Positions 24,201-36,737 of a stretch of 64,000 nucleotides of DNA are shown here, one piece after another (within the stretch, counting starts at the first letter, position 1; the number at the start of each line of letters is the position of its first letter). This DNA is from Callorhinchus milii (lineage: Eukaryota): contig NW_024704750.1 in the NCBI RefSeq assembly GCF_018977255.1, positions 8,122,001-8,186,000 on the forward strand, read 5' to 3'. Position numbers and translations under genes: made by a program. The notes beneath the pieces were generated by a model. That model saw nothing but the letters and a program-made list of their open reading frames with translations, was not told the DNA's origin and did no database searches.

Positions 24201-26794
24201 TTTGGAAAAGGTACAGAATTAAACATGATGGTGAGAAATAGTTAAAATAAGCTGTTAATAAGCAAGCAAACAAGAAAGAGAAAAAATGAGAAGGAAGCAA
24301 CCACATAAACAGAAACATTTAAATGTGATGTATCCCTGCTGCCAAATTACCCAACACTCAATATGTGCTCTGACATATGAAGAATAGACACTTAAATTTA
24401 CCGGCACTACGGAACCTCGAAATATCAGAGGCAAGAAAAGAAAATTAAGGGGAAAGAAACATCAACATACACTCGAGTTCATATTTAGCTACCTATTTTT
24501 AAAGCATTTAGGCTTATGGAGGATACAGATTTTTAGTTGAAAAGTGCTTTAATTTTCCCCAAACTTTAACAAGAGCACAACGTAAATAATGGCCAGTTTT
24601 CTAGAAGCAGTCATCTAGTATTCTGAAACTTTCTCAATGATTAAGAGGCTCCCTGTCTCAGCAGGGAGCTCAAATAATTTGTAACACCAGCATTTCAATT
24701 AATGTGTAGTTACACAATATACTTTCATATCGATGGCCCTTCCAGCTCCTGGAAGCTAACACCCAAAAGTACATATTTGTTTTGGATTTTCAATACTGAT
24801 GCTAAAATGTTTTAAAAAACAAACCTTAACTATTACCACAAATATGGTCCAGACAACAGAGCTTCAGAACTCCTGGATATTCGAACCTGGGTTGAGTGTT
24901 ATATTAAAAACCTATTAATAACTTCAACAAGCCTATCTCCTTTTGATAAATTTGCCCCATTTTCCTGCTTTCTCACCTTATCCCTTCTCTCTTCATAAAC
25001 ACATCTAAATTGCTCTTGGACCCATTTATATTACCCACTTCAATAACCTTCCTTGGTAACATGTCTATTAAAAGTTCATCGTGACTTCTTATCCTCATGT
25101 ATACTGGATTACAGCTCCATCATTTACTAAATCTCGAGTAGTCAAATCTTGAGCACAAAAGATTATCCCTGAGCTCTGAACAACAAGCCTCGGTTTCTGT
25201 CAAATCCATCCTATTTATATTGTGAGGTGAATTGACTGCAACAAGCCAACTAAAACTATTTAAATAAATTTCTAACAATTGTGTATGGGTTCCAAGAAGG
25301 CATTTGAGATACCCTCCCAACGTGAAAAGAGCTGTATAAGTATTGTGTTGTTGTATAGTTCCTCTAAACATAATATTGTTTCATTGTCCAGGCTCAAGAC
25401 AAGAAGTACTTATTTTCAATAAAAAATGCTGTACTGTATGCACAATGGGTTATGTTTGATCATGCTAATTTGGGTCATTTATAACAGTCCTTCAGTTATA
25501 CTTAATCCTCGCCTTTCACTTCGTCTATCTGGAATTATCTGTAACTGATTTGCTTTCCATAAATTAAAATCTCCAATTGCAATAGTATAAGTTATTTGCT
25601 ATATATAATTTAAAATTGTACTTACAGTACCACATTATTCGGTCACAGTGTCAACCTGAGAAAGTATTTATACAATTTATATTTTTACTATAGGAATTGA
25701 ATCCGATTAGGATAATAGTTTTGTGCAATTAAGCAAGTTATGAATCTACACCTGTAGATTATTGCTTGTGGCCTGAAAGACGTTCACACATGACCCCAAC
25801 AAAAATGTTTGTTTTCAAAAAAAGTGAAAGGCATTTCAACTAGAAATTAGTACAAACCTTTAAAGCCATTTTGACTCTTTTAATCTTTTTGACCTTTTCA
25901 ACTGTCTTTGTGCCGAAAAAATGACAAAAGCAGATCGAAAGAATGTTAGTAGGACAGCTGACAAGATCATTGTAGATTAACAACAGTCAGAATATAAAGG
26001 TGCAGCAAGCGTGAATCAGCAGGTTCAGAAAGGAAATCAGTTCCTTGATAAGAGAAAATTAAACAGGTAGACAAGGAGACATAACACAGATAAACTGTAT
26101 AAATACTGTTTTCAAAACCAGAAGACCACATCAACTTACAGGATTGAGTGTATTACATTGGTCTATAGGATTCTTGTAGTCGGTCTTCAGTTCATCAAAT
26201 GCTATGATCTGGAATGGGAAAAATATGGATACCGTGTCACGGAGGCTATGCTTAAAATGAATTGAGCTAACTTCACAACTTTGTGTTGAAACTAGAAGAT
26301 CCGATAGAAAATTAACGTGATGATTTAATTTTTTTAAGAAAATATTTTTAAAAACCCTCTGAACTATCACAATTCAGGAAAAAAAACAATGCATCCCAGT
26401 CAGAGCCGACCGCATAAGAAACAGTTCCATTCAATAGAGTTCACGTTTAACCGGACTACCTCCAAACAAACAGGATGTTGAGATCAACTTCCATCCTCCT
26501 GACTGTAGTAAGAATTGATCGTTTATATGATAAATTGATTGACTGTGTGTGGTTTAGGAACAATAACCCGAACGCTTGAGATTTAAAATTACTTGCGAGG
26601 ATGAGGCAGTTTTAAAGGCAAGATATAGATTATATATAACCACAATCCTTCCATTTGATACAGCGTCTTGTCACGTCTTCGAGACGCCTTAAAGCGCTTG
26701 ACAGAATACACAGCAAAGCCCAGTGACTGTGTGTGTTTTGTGGGCGAAACTGCACTGCTGCAGAGAACTCATCATCAATGCATATATCGTATTG

Positions 26795-26842
<48 letters not shown>

Positions 26843-27130
26843 CTAGTAAAGGCGATGGGACTTTTGCAGTTGGGCCTGTCAGCCCCAGGCCGGAGAAAGC
26901 AAAACCGAGCAGCAACTGAAACGGCCGCCAGGAGCGGCGTCACCTCCCGAGACCGGATTCGCGGGTTGTCCCTTCCAGCGGCGCGGGAGAGGGAGGACGA
27001 AGGCGCAAATGACAAAACTGCGAAAAAAAAGGAAGGCCCCGATACTCACGTGCCAAATGGCAAAGAATATCAGGGCGGCGGTGAGCAGCAGCGCGAGCAT
27101 ATAACAAAAGGCAGCGAACGTAAACGCCAT
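21214..27130 (-). CDS. CNIH1: Protein cornichon homolog 1 (ER cargo receptor), 144 aa; complement(join(21214-21241,21907-22050,22469-22581,26140-26208,27050-27130))
   Basis: [144 protein letters not shown]; GT-AG introns, 435 nt. Confidence 0.98.
21430..21590 (-). mobile_element. L2 LINE 3' fragment in CNIH1 intron 4
   Basis: Same tail as the 12035 element. Confidence 0.7.
21907..22050 (-). CDS. CNIH1: CNIH1 exon 4
   Basis: YMTRPIMS...[12 protein letters not shown]...[12 protein letters not shown]. Confidence 0.97.
22469..22581 (-). CDS. CNIH1: CNIH1 exon 3
   Basis: [12 protein letters not shown]...YHIWR. Confidence 0.97.
23925..24030 (-). mobile_element. SINE 3' fragment
   Basis: (AAT)n..TTGCATTTGATATAGCGC...GTGAATTGACTGTATATTTGTGGG. 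Confidence 0.85.
26140..26208 (-). CDS. CNIH1: CNIH1 exon 2
   Basis: [23 protein letters not shown]. Confidence 0.97.
26643..26760 (-). mobile_element. SINE 3' fragment in CNIH1 intron 1
   Basis: Tail homology. Confidence 0.7.
26798..26837. repeat. (AT)n microsatellite in CNIH1 intron 1
   Basis: About 18 AT units. Confidence 0.95.
27050..27130 (-). CDS. CNIH1: CNIH1 exon 1
   Basis: [27 protein letters not shown] then GTGAGT. Confidence 0.97.
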
Positions 27131-27275
27131 CTTGGATCGGGGCGGCACTGGGGAGGGAGGGAGAGGGGGGGGGGGGGGAGCGGCGGCGCGCGCATCCCAC
27201 CCGGGTCGTGGCGTGCGTGGCGTGCGTGGCCTACGTCATCGCGCAGCTATAGCAACCGTTGTTAAGGGACGGTCT
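27125..27275 (-). promoter_or_regulatory. CNIH1 CpG-island promoter and 5' UTR
   Basis: YY1-like AAGATGGCG overlapping the ATG, tandem GCGTG/CCACG repeats 27207-27230, CRE-like TGACGTA, X-box-like CTATAGCAAC near 27247-27256. Confidence 0.6.
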
Positions 27276-27416
27276 CGGGACTGGCAGTCCCTCTTCTCTT
27301 CTCTCTCTCTCTCTCCTCCCCCCTCACCGGCGCCAAACACGAATCCTGCAGTCACTTCGAGGTATTTTTTTTCTTTAGCTTTAGCAATTGCTTGAGGTTA
27401 GGGTAATGATGTTCAA

Positions 27417-27713
27417 GGAGTCCTGTAGTTCGGCGAAAGACCTGGGTTCACTTCCAGGCAGAGGCCGAAACCTTGGGCAAGTTTCCTTACTCCACACACA
27501 GCCTAATAATAATCCCTCCGAGAAAACACCAAACAATAATAAATCGGTCATTTTCAATCCACCACTGTTTGTGGGGCACCGCTGTGCGCAATTGGCTGCC
27601 GCGTTCGCCCACAAATATATACGGTCAATTCACTTTACAGTATATTCCGTGAAGCGCTTTGAGACGTCCTCCCGACGTGCAAAGCGCTATGTCAAATGCA
27701 AGGATTATCATTA
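27417..27713 (+). mobile_element. tRNA-derived SINE upstream of CNIH1
   Basis: Head (internally deleted), core and tail. Confidence 0.88.
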
Positions 27714-28699
27714 TTAATATTAAGGGAAGAATGGGGGTGCGGGAGGGGGGGAGGAAGGTATAATAAACGTCGAAGATAACTTTTTTCCTGAGGAGGGAAA
27801 GACACTGTTTATTTTTAGACCCTGTATTTTCTATATATTTTTTTAAAAATAGGCCTTTTTCTAGGCTTTTCGTACTATTGCTTTGGACTGCGCTAATCAG
27901 GTTTAATTGTTTGCTGTGTATATAAATATATAATGAGAAGATGTCAAGTGTTTTTTCTTGGTTGCACGGGGGCTGCCTGTCACGTGGCACATCTGCAGAG
28001 TACAGCTGCACTGCTGCAAATGCCCCTCATCGTTGAGCAGCAACATTATTTAACTGTGCAGACCTGCAGCGATGTGGGAACATTGGTTCACTACCGTTTT
28101 CCTTCGATCTTGCCAATAGGTTTGTAAATGTCTTAAATATCTCTGTTATCAGTTAGGTCGATGAGATTACTTTTTCTATCTCCCCACCGCCACTCCCACC
28201 CCTTGCTTTGTTTATTTTCACGCGTAACCTTGGCAAAACCAGAAGCGGTAGTCGTAACAAGGTCTTGTTCGTTTGACCTTGGTGATTGCTGAAATACAAG
28301 ACTCGAAGAAGTTATATTGAGATGCTAATGGTCAAGTCACGTTTCCCGGAGCTGATTGACGAGACGATTCCAGTCATTGTCGTATTATTAAAGCCAAACT
28401 GCAATGTTGATCAGACTGGTGAGCTGCATGGATTCAAAGATGTGGTTTTAGGAGAGTAAACAGAACCATGCATTTTGGGGAAAGTTGAAAAGTAGAGGGA
28501 AAAAAGCATATAGAGACTGTAAGTTATTCTAAAGCATTTTAATGGGACATTTGTGAAACTATAATTCTAGTCACTATGTGGTGAAATTCTGTTAATTGAA
28601 TACTCACTTTGTACAATAAATACGATACTAAAACCTTCAGGAGAGATGAGAAAATTGTGCAGAGGAAGCAAACTATTTCTCGACTTCATTGCTTGGCAA

Positions 28700-29047
28700 A
28701 TGGCCTCTGCAACTCTTGAACTGCTAACCCCATATCGACCCATCATCTCAGCCTGCTACACGTGCCCCACCCACCCCACCATTGGTGGTCAGGTATACCA
28801 CCTCTCTGCCCCCAACCCCTGGAACTCTATCACACATTTCTTTCACCATACTCCCAACCTAGCCTCCTTCAAGGCACATCTCAAGACCCTCCTCTTCGAC
28901 TTGCACCTTTAGTCACCCTCCTACCCTCCCTGCCCTCCACTTCTGATTCCAACATCCCTGAATGGGGCCAAATCCCTGATGGTCCAGGCTTTGGGACATC
29001 CTCCCAACATGAAAGGCACTATACAAATGTAATTTGTTATTGTTGTT
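28700..29047 (+). mobile_element. L2 LINE 3' end
   Basis: IGGQVY...APNPWNSI...LASFKAHLKTLLF* then GGGACATCCTCC...AAAGGCACTATACAAATG and (TTG)n. Confidence 0.8.
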
Positions 29048-31355
29048 GAATTCGCTATTGTAGACAAGCGTATCATAGGTCATTTCATCCTGATTTAGTC
29101 TCGAAAAAAACTACACTTCAGATCAGTTAGGGCATCACCCTGTGGCAATGATTTATGTTTCTTCTAAGACCTACTGTTATTCTAGTCCTATTAAATATTC
29201 CAGACATGATACACATTGGTTTCTGAATAGCTGGTAATTATTTTAGGCAGTAAACTGATATGTTGTTAATTCACCTCAGCTGTAAATCTTACTTTTTTTT
29301 AAAAGCTTTCCAATGTAAAAATAATGCATTATTTTATTGTAAAATGTCATACTGAAATGGCACACAAAAACAGTAGTTATAAAATTAAATATTTTCTTTA
29401 ACCAAAAATATGTGCCAATTTAGAGCAAATCATGCACTAGACATACGTTATCAAAGCAGAAATAAGACACAGGAAGATGTGGATCTTGGAACCATGCAAT
29501 TTTGACACAGTGAGGTAGAAGCTGACATTTGTGCAGGCAACATGTTTATTATGAATATTTATAGGAGTAAAAGCCTTAGAAAAACACTGCTTCCATTATT
29601 CGGAGCATAGTTAAGTCTTGCAACATGCAACATACCAAAATGTTAGAATACAAAGTTTCAGTTCAAAAAATGTGCTAGAATTCTCACTTGGAGAAATGCA
29701 TAGTAGGCTACGTGGTGTTAAACTCCATCAGTTCAGCACAAATTTGCACATTTTTCTTAATTTCTACCATTGGTGGAATGGTCAGTTAACAAAGCATTGT
29801 GTAAATATTTTTGCAAGCATTTAGATTTCATACACATTTTCCATGTTGAACATTTCAAATTCCAAAAGTTTAGCTATCTAAAACAACAGTATTGTCAGTT
29901 TCTAACTCAAGTTCTAGATTTAATAGAAGTCATCACAATCCAATGCTTATCTTATTGCCATGCTCCAAATACAAGCTTGTGATAATTTTTCAAATATCAA
30001 AGGCAAATTGATTAATTGCATTGTAGTTTCCCAATGCCTTTCCAAATATTCTCTACATTTTTAATACCAGTATCTATAAAATAATCAAATTTAGACTTAA
30101 ATAACTCTCAGAACTAATAGGGATGAAGAATCACAAGATGGATCATTTTATTTCATTGGTGGACTGGGTTTAATTGAAATGCTTAGTGATGCTTTTACCC
30201 AGGAGCTGCAATTTGCAAAATGCAAAACAATGTGGGTTCAGCTAAATCGTCACAGTAACCTGTTCTGTTAAGAATGGTGCTAAGACCAGGGGAAGTTGAG
30301 AAAAGGATGGGGGGTTCAACACCAGACTATTCTTTCATTGCCAGCCTAAAACCATTAATGGAACTGATGGTCAAGTTTATAAATTACTTTTTCATGCTCA
30401 AGTATCAATGTGAGAAAGGTAGTTAAGTAACTGCCAATTTGAAGACATTGAACAGGAATGAAATTTAGGCTTGATACAGATATAATCTATGTAATTCCTG
30501 CATGAAAGATAGAATGTGCCCTTTTATGGTTCCTGCCTCATTCACCAATCTAATAATTCATTAAAGTTGGTTGATGGAATGGTTTAAAATATTTAGAATT
30601 AGTCCTTTGTTTTGGTAGCAAGTTTGCACTTCCAAGACTTCCCCAGCATTGATCCCTCTTTAAATTAGAGCTAAAATTAAAAAAAACTCTGAACAAACCT
30701 TTAGTAATGCACATTAAAAAAAAAACTCTCAACAATTTGAGCTCATTTGGTCATGGTAAACAACGCTTGGAATATATTCTTCCATTTTACAAGTAGAAAC
30801 GTCAACACCTTGGCAATCATTTATAGCATCAGACAGGATAAATGAAGAAGTCCTTTTTAGATAAAACTGTAATTCTGGAATTAACACTGGTGCGAAATTT
30901 ACTCTTGAGCTCTGAGCAGATTTGCCAAACTGTGGACCAATTTTATACCTGCGACTCATCAGGAGGCTAAGCAATTTTAACCATTGAGAACCATTTGAGA
31001 GAGAGAGGGAGAGAGTCAAAGCGGGGGGGAGTGGGGAGAAAAATAATTAAGTTTCACAGGAACAGGTGGCAGAGGTGAACAGGGAATAGTCTAATCCAGC
31101 ATCCAGCATGCTATCCAGTTCCTAGTCTTTCCCAATTGTGGGAAGAAATGTTGGAGAGGTAAAGGGTTAAAAGGTTTGAAGAATTAATTTTCTTTCAAAA
31201 CAGCAGCCAACATTTTCTATTTTGCAATCATTTCATTGCAGGTGAATGCATTACAGATCAACACAAACTACAGAAAAAGCATGAAAAGTAAACAATGCAA
31301 ATTCAAGCTCGTTAGTTTATAAAAAAAGGCAGACAGGTACAACAATTGCCTTTGT

Positions 31356-31427
31356 CTAACGAAAAAATGAAAGCTTTTCATTCAGCCACTCTTCACACAA
31401 GTCTTCTGTATTTCTAATTTCAAATAC
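31356..31427 (-). CDS. GMFB: GMFB exon 7 (last coding)
   Basis: [23 protein letters not shown]. Confidence 0.95.
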   Translation of the reverse strand, partial: VFEIRNTEDLCEEWLNEKLSFFR

Positions 31428-34400
31428 CTGAAAGAAAAATAGTACAATATTAAAAACCATTTGAAAAATATTGCTATGGGCCTCAATTACCAATTTAATC
31501 TCAATTCTTATATGATGCCCATTTTGATTTTGGAAAGAAGTTCAATCACACAGGATCTTAGCATAAGTTCTTACCTTGGTAAACTTAGCCTCATTCACCA
31601 GTTTTTTTTGGCTACCGGCATACATCATATTTATTCTTGGCTTGCAATCTGAAAATATGAAGCACAAGCACTATTATACATCTAATTAGGTGGCTGTAGG
31701 ACTAGTCAGCTCTAAATATTCCTTCGCTGCCAATTCCAGTCCCAAATATTCGTAATCTTTCAGACAAGAATAATCAGAATCAAACTTGAGTCATCTGCTA
31801 CTCCTAAATAAAACCAAAAATGGGTAAGGGAAGAAATAATGCTGTAAGAAATTTACTCCTACTTAAAGTAGAGGCTGCCAGATGCTTCCATGTGCTTCAG
31901 ATCAGCATCTCATTCAGTCCTTACTAGACAGCCGTACATTTTAAATGTAGGGCACTGGAAAAGAGCATCAATCCTTGCTGTTGTTTCCCTTCCTTAGCCC
32001 AGAAGAGGCTTATTGTAGCACTCCAGATGCCTCCCTGACTGAGATCAGCTCTACAATTGCAACAATGACCAAATCGTATATCTGCTAACTAAACACATAC
32101 TAAGATTACACATATCCAAAGTAATGGTCTTGCTCATTTCCATGGCACAGTGGCATCTTTTTAGAGTAAGCAATGAGGGAAATCAATCCCTGAACTCTTA
32201 ATTTTATTTGCTTATCAGAAAATAAATGTACTCGTGAATAGAATGGAATTGATTTAACAATTAATACAATTCACTAAATATATCCTAAGGAGACAAACAT
32301 TTGATCGTTTCTGCAGAATTGGATACTTCCTAGACCACTCTTGCAGAATAGGCCAAGAGATCCTATGTCCCAGTGACACATTTACCCTTCCACATATGAT
32401 TTGATTGCAAGATGGTCAATCATCAGCAGTAACCTGAGGCACTGTAGATTTACCAGCTTGGTTATAGTTCACTATAAAAGGTGCTCACTTCTCCATTTGG
32501 AGATATCTTGCTCATCTCTGTCCTCCAGGAGGATAGTCCCAAATTGATCAGATGGCTTATAAGTACAAGTTTAAGCATTTTACTTTTCACATATAAACTT
32601 TAATAGATAACAGAGCATTTGAGTGGTTTGCAAATTACAATCTGAACACTTACCAGCGGGATTGGAATGGATAAAGCATAATGGATAAGAGGTTCTTCCA
32701 TCACTGTGTGCATAGCTGTAGCTGTAAGCTACAAATGTGTTTACAGTTAAGAAAAATGTTAAATGATTCCATGCACCTCAGTTTAGGAAATTATGACTCA
32801 AGCAAGTTTATTCCATGATTAATTAAGACAATATAAATTGGTCCTGATCTGTGCTCAATTAGCTGATCTCAACCTGCATACTTCAAACGATCTTAGTGCC
32901 CAGAGATAAGAAAGGAAATGACCCATGAACCATTTGTTACTTAAATCTTTCTTGGATTTTCACATGTGTTAATGTCAGGTCAGAACAGTATTCCTTTGAT
33001 TAGAAGATTGGATATAGATATCCTTGGTGCTACAGTGTGTTTTTCTTAACCTTAATAAGGATGAAAAAACAGCAATTTACACTGAATATTTAATCTTGGT
33101 ACCAGCGGAAGTGTCACAGCAACTCAAGCCTCCTAAATAATTGACAATGTGTATTTAAATATTTGCATTTAATCAGATGTTTGCTTGATCAGTCAGTTAA
33201 TCAGGTTAATTATTATTAATATAATTAATTTTTTAAAAATCAGTTAATTAAGGGCAAAACGTTGGGCAAGTTACTCCGCATGCTTCTGTTTACCTAGCAG
33301 TAAGTAGGAACATGGTTGTAAATCAATTTGCAAATTGCTTTTCCGAGGATAATAATCCCATCAAAATAAATTTCAAAAATAAAATAATAATAATCTGGTT
33401 ACTCAATCCACGACTGTTTGTAGGAATCTGCTGCCGAGTTGCACCCACAAAATATACAATCAATAATCAATTCACTTTACAGTATATTCTGTGAAGCGCT
33501 TTGTGATGTCTCGAAGACGTGATAAGGCTTTGTTTCAAGTGCAAGGATTAGTATTATTATTAAGTGCTAGATTCCCTATCATATCACAGCCAACTACCTT
33601 TCATTCAATATTTTATATCCAAATTACATATTCACATAAAATATGTTCGCAATTAGGTTATTTTCTGGGCAAACAATTTTATTGTAAAGAGAAACATGTT
33701 TTTTTTCCCCAGCAAGAAAGGATATCTTGGTGCTCTTTCAGGTAATTCATTCCTTAGTTCATCTGGAGAAATATTCTAAATTGGGAAAAGGCACAGAGTA
33801 CTGTAGATTATAGACAATATCTAATAACCATGAAGACAGCAGTATATTTCCGATAATGTTACACTGTATGCACAATACATTTCCTATTCTCTTAAACACA
33901 ATATACAGAGATTCTTGTTTCTTTAAATTGAGAGGATTCACAAGTAAACCACATCTTTCATTAATGAAAAGATGACTCATTTTGAAAGAGCATTAAAGCC
34001 AAGGAAGTGTACTTTATAGGTTCAAAAATATCACAGGCATATAGTTAGGAGGTTAGACTCAAAACAATTCGGACTGTTGTGCACTTGAACAAAGTTAGGA
34101 GATGATTAAAAAGAAGTCTTTAACATAAAAAAGGTTTTGTAATGACATATTTATTTTAACTACTGGTTGGTAATTTAGTAACTAAATGGTATAAAATACA
34201 AGATCAGGATTGCCACTGGAAGAATTAAGCGTAAGGAGAATTTCTTTCCACATACAGGGTGATTAGACATAGAATATTTTGGAACAAGCAAAACAAGATT
34301 GCGAACGTATCACTTAAAAGGGAATTGCATAGCACTTGAACAATATAAAAAGGGCATGAGGAGAGGGAAATAGTAATTAGCTTAAATGGAGAAGCCGACA

Positions 34401-36052
34401 CCAATATATGTTTGTTGGGTGGAATGGCCTCTTGTGCTACAATTTCTGTGTCAAATTAGGATTAGGATTTCTTCTTCCAAACAACTAACAAAAAGGCAAG
34501 CTGTGAAACACTCCCGAAGAGGAAAGTCAAATTCTCCAAAATCTTCTATTCTTGGTGTAAAAACAAAAGTATACTTACCTCATGTTCTTCATCCAGAACC
34601 ACCAACTGTCGCTTTTCATCTATTTTCACTGGGGAGGAAAGTCAGATAAATTACAAGTTCTTTTTCAGAAAATAGTTTTGCCCACAAAATATACAGTCAC
34701 TTTGCTTTACGATATATTCTGTGAAGCGCTTTGAGACGTCTCGAAGACATAAGGCGCTATATCAAATTCAAGGTTTATATTACTCATGCTTTCTCAGGAA
34801 ACATATACATCTATTTACATAGTTTGGGAATGTCAAAGAAGCACTCCAACTGCAAAAAAATAAATTTAACCACCATTATTCATTTGCTGGCAGCCCTTTA
34901 GGTACAAACAAACCTCCTTTGGCAAAGACGACATACCAGTTTTATTTACACAATTGTAAGAACATAATAATCTAACCGAGTATTTAAAATAATTTCAGGA
35001 TTAGTTGTGTTCAGTCATTTTATTTTTCACATCTTCACCTGAAGCTGTTACTCGAGCAACTTTACAGCCACAAAACAAGATCAAATCGTTAGCATCTGAA
35101 TCAATTATCAGCCACGCAAATTGGTACCATTGTCACCATTCCTGGTATTTTCAAAGGATTAAAACAACAACTGACATGAATCGAATGAACACAGTTCAAA
35201 ACAAAGGTTTCGTTTCTTGTTTGATTTTAAATCAGACACTGATGATGTAAATATTTAAGCAATCGTTTTTAAAAAAAAACAGTGCAACTTTTTTTTAAAA
35301 AAAAGGTTTCTCCAGTTACTGTCTCGATGGATATATTCACTGTATTGGATTTTGGAAACAGGTAAATGAAATACAGAATAAGCGTTTTTCTGGGAAAGAT
35401 GACAAGGGGTTACTCTACTGTAACATAGACCAGATTCAGATACTGAACCACTTTTTAATCAAACAATTTGTGTGTGTGTGTGTGTGGGGGGCAAAAAAAA
35501 AAGGAAGAACCAGGGAAAAGACTAACAAAAAGAAGTAATTTTACTCACTTATAATTGCAGCATTGGTGGTTTCTTTGCGGAATCGAAATTTGTTCAGCTT
35601 TTGCAGCAGCTCCTCGTCAATATCGCACACTGCCAAAGTATCAGCCTGAGAGAGAGAGAGAGAGAGGAGAGAGAGGAGAGAGAGAAGGTGGGAAAGAAGG
35701 GATGAACACGTAAGTTAAACGATTGCATCGGAAGAACAGAACCGAACCAGTGAAACTCGCGAGAAATAATCGCCCGCAGCGATTTTCCGTCGATTTGCCT
35801 CCTCTCCCCCTCCTCGGCGAGTGCGGACAAACACTGCTTTTAAAGGTTTAAAAAACACACACACACACATTGAACACCAGGTGTGTGGAAGGGTTTTTTT
35901 TTGGGCATAACATATATATATATATAAAAATTAAAAACGTGCGATGGTGTAGCGTTCACACGGACGTACTCTGCACCACACACTTACACACACTCACTCA
36001 CTCACACTCAGGTCAAAGAGCTCACTCGCTATACGTAAAAGTCACCCCACAC

Positions 36053-36083
<31 letters not shown>

Positions 36084-36093
36084 CCCTCACCAT
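31356..36093 (-). CDS. GMFB: Glia maturation factor beta (ADF-H domain, Arp2/3 debrancher), 142 aa; complement(join(31356-31427,31575-31648,32654-32736,33726-33775,34579-34628,35549-35645,36091-36093))
   Basis: [142 protein letters not shown]; 429 nt; beta assignment rests on synteny with CNIH1 and CGRRF1. Confidence 0.93.
31575..31648 (-). CDS. GMFB: GMFB exon 6
   Basis: [24 protein letters not shown]. Confidence 0.94.
32654..32736 (-). CDS. GMFB: GMFB exon 5
   Basis: [27 protein letters not shown]; AC acceptor, GTAAGT donor. Confidence 0.93.
32737..33725 (-). other. GMFB: U12-type AT-AC intron (GMFB intron 4)
   Basis: Donor ATATCCTTT, branch TTTTTCTTAAC (32756-32746), AC acceptor; splicing restores the AGA (Arg) codon and frame. 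Confidence 0.93.
33252..33562 (+). mobile_element. SINE inside the GMFB U12 intron
   Basis: Body and tail homology. Confidence 0.82.
33726..33775 (-). CDS. GMFB: GMFB exon 4
   Basis: [17 protein letters not shown] followed by ATATCCTTT donor. Confidence 0.93.
34095..34440 (+). mobile_element. Decayed CR1 3' fragment in GMFB intron 3
   Basis: Similar to 330-640; ends with CR1-like GAATGGCCT..TGTGCT. Confidence 0.55.
34579..34628 (-). CDS. GMFB: GMFB exon 3
   Basis: [17 protein letters not shown]. Confidence 0.95.
34678..34782 (+). mobile_element. SINE 3' fragment
   Basis: Tail homology. Confidence 0.8.
35549..35645 (-). CDS. GMFB: GMFB exon 2
   Basis: [32 protein letters not shown]. Confidence 0.95.
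35648..35685. repeat. (GA)n microsatellite forming the polypyrimidine tract of GMFB exon 2 on the minus strand
   Basis: Directly abuts the acceptor AG. Confidence 0.9.
36091..36093 (-). CDS. GMFB: GMFB exon 1 coding part (ATG only)
   Basis: GGGGAAAATG|GTGAGG, with a CCAAT box ~75 nt upstream. Confidence 0.8.
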
Positions 36094-36229
36094 TTTCCCC
36101 GACTACTGAAGTGAGTCCGTTCCTCTGCGATTCCACTCCCTCTCCGGTGCCCGTGACTCGGGAACCAGCCAATCAGCACCGGAACCCGGCACTCCCTGCC
36201 CTCGGTTACATCACTGGGAAGGACCGGGG

Positions 36230-36365
36230 NNNNNNNNNNNNNNNNNNNNNNNNNNNNNNNNNNNNNNNNNNNNNNNNNNNNNNNNNNNNNNNNNNNNNNN
36301 NNNNNNNNNNNNNNNNNNNNNNNNNNNNNNNNNNNNNNNNNNNNNNNNNNNNNNNNNNNNNNNNN
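36230..36365. other. Assembly gap (136 N) in the GMFB promoter
   Basis: Run of n. Confidence 0.99.
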
Positions 36366-36565
36366 GGTTTCTGTCAGTCAGGGCTTAGATCACTTCTAAA
36401 TTCAGTCATGTCAAACCCATGCTGTGTCTGTCTGTCTGTCTGACTGTCATGGGAACTACATGTAAGTGTTTGGGGAATTCGCCTTTCCCCTCTGCTCCAC
36501 CATGGCTCCGCCTTGCATTTAGTTACTCAGCTCCCCCCCCCTTATTATTATGTAATAATAATACA

Positions 36566-36737
36566 ATAATAATAATCCTTGCATTTGATGCAGCGCTTTT
36601 CACGTCTTCCGGACGTCCCAAAGCGCTTCACGGAATAGACTGCAAAGTGAATTGACTGCATATTTTGTGGGTGAACGCGGCAGCCAATTGCGCACAGCAG
36701 TGTCCCACAAACAGTCGTAGATCGAAAATGACCAATT
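36566..36737 (-). mobile_element. SINE 3' half
   Basis: Near-identical to 48490-48670. Confidence 0.88.

Noticed and set aside
26723-27265. 180-aa plus-strand ORF
   Set aside because: Runs through a SINE, (AT)n and the antisense of CNIH1 exon 1 in a GC-rich island; no recognisable domain
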